Source: Lama glama
Lineage: Eukaryota
Length of the DNA: 64,000 bases
Reading direction: 5' to 3'
Assembly: GCA_028534125.1 (NCBI GenBank)
Contig: CM052840.1
Coordinates: 8,060,001 to 8,124,000, forward strand
The notes below the pieces were generated by a model, which was not told where the DNA came from, did no database searches, and worked only from the letters and a program-made list of their open reading frames with translations. This document shows positions 61,762 through 64,000 of the stretch, in pieces. The translations under genes were made by a program, and so were the position numbers. Within the stretch, counting starts at the first letter, position 1; each line of letters starts with the position of its first letter.

Positions 61762-61933
61762 CCATGTTGGTTCGATTGTACCAAATACGCCATGTTTACG
61801 AGGGATGTTGAGGGAAGGGGAGTATATGTGTGTGGGTGGGGAGGGCTGTGTGTGAACTCTCTGCATTTTCTGCTCACTTCTGCTGTGAACCTGAAACTGC
61901 TCTAAAAGCATAAAGTCTGTTAAAAAGAAAAAA
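61762..61933 (+). mobile_element. Short L1-type 3' end (L1MC-like tail), copy 2, with perfect 12-bp TSD
   Basis: GAACTCTCTGCATTTTCTGCTCACTTCTGCTGTGAACCTGAAACTGCTCTAAAA plus A tail; TSD AGCAGCACTTTG at 61750-61761 and 61934-61945. Confidence 0.88.
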
Positions 61934-62649
61934 AGCAGCACTTTGGGTAGACATTTTTTGAAAGTTAATAAAATTTAGTCTGTTCATGCACGAGTAAATA
62001 TTTCTAAATATCACTTTTTTAAAAAAAAATCTAAAAAGCTTTCAGGCTCACAAAGAGTAGAGATTTTGAAAATCTGCTTATTTCACTCAGTATTTAATTG
62101 ATTTCGGCACATGTTCAGGCCTTCCAAGACACCTAGCTACTAAACATTTCCCACGTGCAGAGAAGGGGGGAAAATGGCCCGCCCCCACCTTTCTGTGGCT
62201 GGTAGGAGAATGGCCCCAGTGGGGCCCCACTGCAGGTCAGGGCTGGGCAGCAGGAGTGGTGTTTGGGTTGCTTTCCCTGCGATGTTAGCTTCACTCCAGC
62301 AGTCCCAGTACATGCACACACGCATGCACGCATATGTGAGTGTCTTTGCACCCACAGCACCTCGTGCATAATTCCCTTGTCATACGTGCTCCTTGAGTGC
62401 AGGAACCAGGCCTTGCTCGACTCCGTAGCTCCAGCCCGTAGCCTGAGACCCAGCACTCCATTACCTTGTGAATACTTATTAAATGAATAGTTTCACTCCT
62501 GCAACTTGTTTTACCAGCGGCTCTTTGGACAGGCCTTGTCACCTGTTTCTATAAATAACGCTACTCAGTTTTGGAAATGAATCCTTACGAATACCCGCAG
62601 AGCCCTTCATCAACCCCTGTTTTCGTCAGGACAGGATCTTGACTGCTCA

Positions 62650-63275
62650 GATTCTCCATGTTCAGTCCCCTTCCCACCCCGTTGGGTGTTACCCTTGCTA
62701 CTTAAACCCTAAACACAACCTGAGTGGTCTTTCCAGCCCCCCACAAAGGTGCTTGTCATTCTTCATCCTTCCCTGTGTCCACCTTTGAGCTCCTTCTGTA
62801 CCCTCTGCCTCCTTCCCAGAGAAGGCCTTTTCCCCTAAGTCTATTCATCCTCCAGAGACATCCAGCTCAAATTGCATCTCTTTTTATGCAGCTTCCTCTT
62901 AAGTAGTTCAGCCCACAGATCTCTTTGTTTTATTTAGCTACTTCTTTATTTTACAAGAGTTTATTATTTACATTTATTGAGCATCCTACCAGTCCTGGGG
63001 ATTCAGAGGTAAGACTGTATCCTCTAAAAGTGTCCCTAACTTCCGTGTCTTCAAAGAGCTCAGTCTGAGGAGTACCTTCTTGCTCTCTATTCAGCGTCAT
63101 CTGGCCATTTGGATGCTGAATCATTTTGCCTGAGATTTGTGTTTATTGCCCATATGAAGGGCTTATTTCCCCAGATAGCTTGTTTTTGGGGTTTGTTTTG
63201 TTTTACAAAAAAATATATTCCCCGAGCCTAGCGCAGAACTTTGCACAGAGAAAATAATCCTTTTTGAATAGATAA
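62650..63275 (+). mobile_element. L2 fragments
   Basis: CTATTCATCCTCCAGAGACATCCAGCTCAAATTGCATCTC and terminus CCCGAGCCTAGCGCAG...TTTTTGAATAGAT. Confidence 0.6.
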
Positions 63276-64000
63276 GACTTGGCTAAGGTAGATTAACATA
63301 CTTCTTTCCTCCCTCAAGTTCAAGGTTTTATAGTATAAAAACCGTTCTTTGTTTAGAAATAGGAACGAAATCAATAAATATTGGAAGAATCTGTTCAAGT
63401 GATATCTGATAAGTTTGAGTTATCAAGTCCGAAGTTGGGATAACTCACCTAAAAAAGTAAGTTGGCACTTTGATTTTTGATTATTTGTCTACAGGAAAAT
63501 AAAACCAAGAGGATGAGAGAGTGTCATCTCTTAAAATTCTTCTGTAACCAATTAAGGTGCATTTTCTTCTAAGATTTAGAACAGGTCACATGTTTCTTGG
63601 GCAAGGAGTTAATAATACTCATGTTTGGCTGCAGAGGCCTGACTATATTCTAGAACTCATACCATTAGGTTATAAAGATGTCTTTACGTGGTTTGTTGCC
63701 TGAATGTTGACGTGAGGAGTATTAGGAACATTCTGAGTTTTCAGATCATTGAATTTATATGACTTTGATTCCGTCCTTTTCCTTGCTGTTTAATCACCTG
63801 GGTGCTGTGGAAGCTGGGGCAACAGCAGTCACCGGGGACTCTAATACGATTGGTGTTCATTACAAAGCACCGGCGGTAACATCTGTCGTCTATTGTACGT
63901 TGGAAGTAATGGTGGTGTTACTTTTTCTCAGTTCTTTATGAGAGAACGGAGTTAAAAACGTGCCCCTTGTTTCTTTCCTTTGGACTTCCCAATCAGTAGG

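Larger units (their letters stand above)
53550..64000 (+). other. SMYD2: SMYD2 intron 1 (partial; runs off the window)
   Basis: Starts with GT donor at 53550. No exon encoding the expected continuation (KEGLSKCGRCK...) was seen before the window end. Confidence 0.88.

Overview
Mammalian genomic DNA, most likely a camelid (three copies of the tRNA-Ala-derived Vic-1-type SINE), from a gapped draft assembly (N-runs at four loci). The only intact protein-coding sequence is exon 1 of SMYD2 (53377-53549, + strand) in a CpG-island promoter, followed by the first ~10 kb of intron 1. The ~53 kb upstream is repeat-rich intergenic DNA (L1, L2, HAL1, MIR, MaLR/ERV LTRs, Tigger, Kanga, Charlie, MER5); by human synteny this would be the PROX1-SMYD2 interval, which is recalled, not seen. 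The main hidden item, missed by the ORF track, is a 5'-truncated processed pseudogene of the oocyte histone chaperone NPM2 on the minus strand (46792-47435). It lies downstream of a same-strand MLT1 LTR and ~6 kb from the SMYD2 promoter. Other notable items are a seemingly young retroposon family with an old-type L1 3' end (two ~93% identical copies, one with a perfect 12-bp TSD), a Kanga transposon nested in HAL1 whose empty site can be read from a second HAL1 copy in the window, a strong CTCF motif in a CpG-rich patch, and several candidate enhancers. I found no evidence for a new multi-gene system, and almost all ORF-track entries are spurious. Repeat family names come from my recall of consensus sequences, and boundaries of old repeats are approximate.
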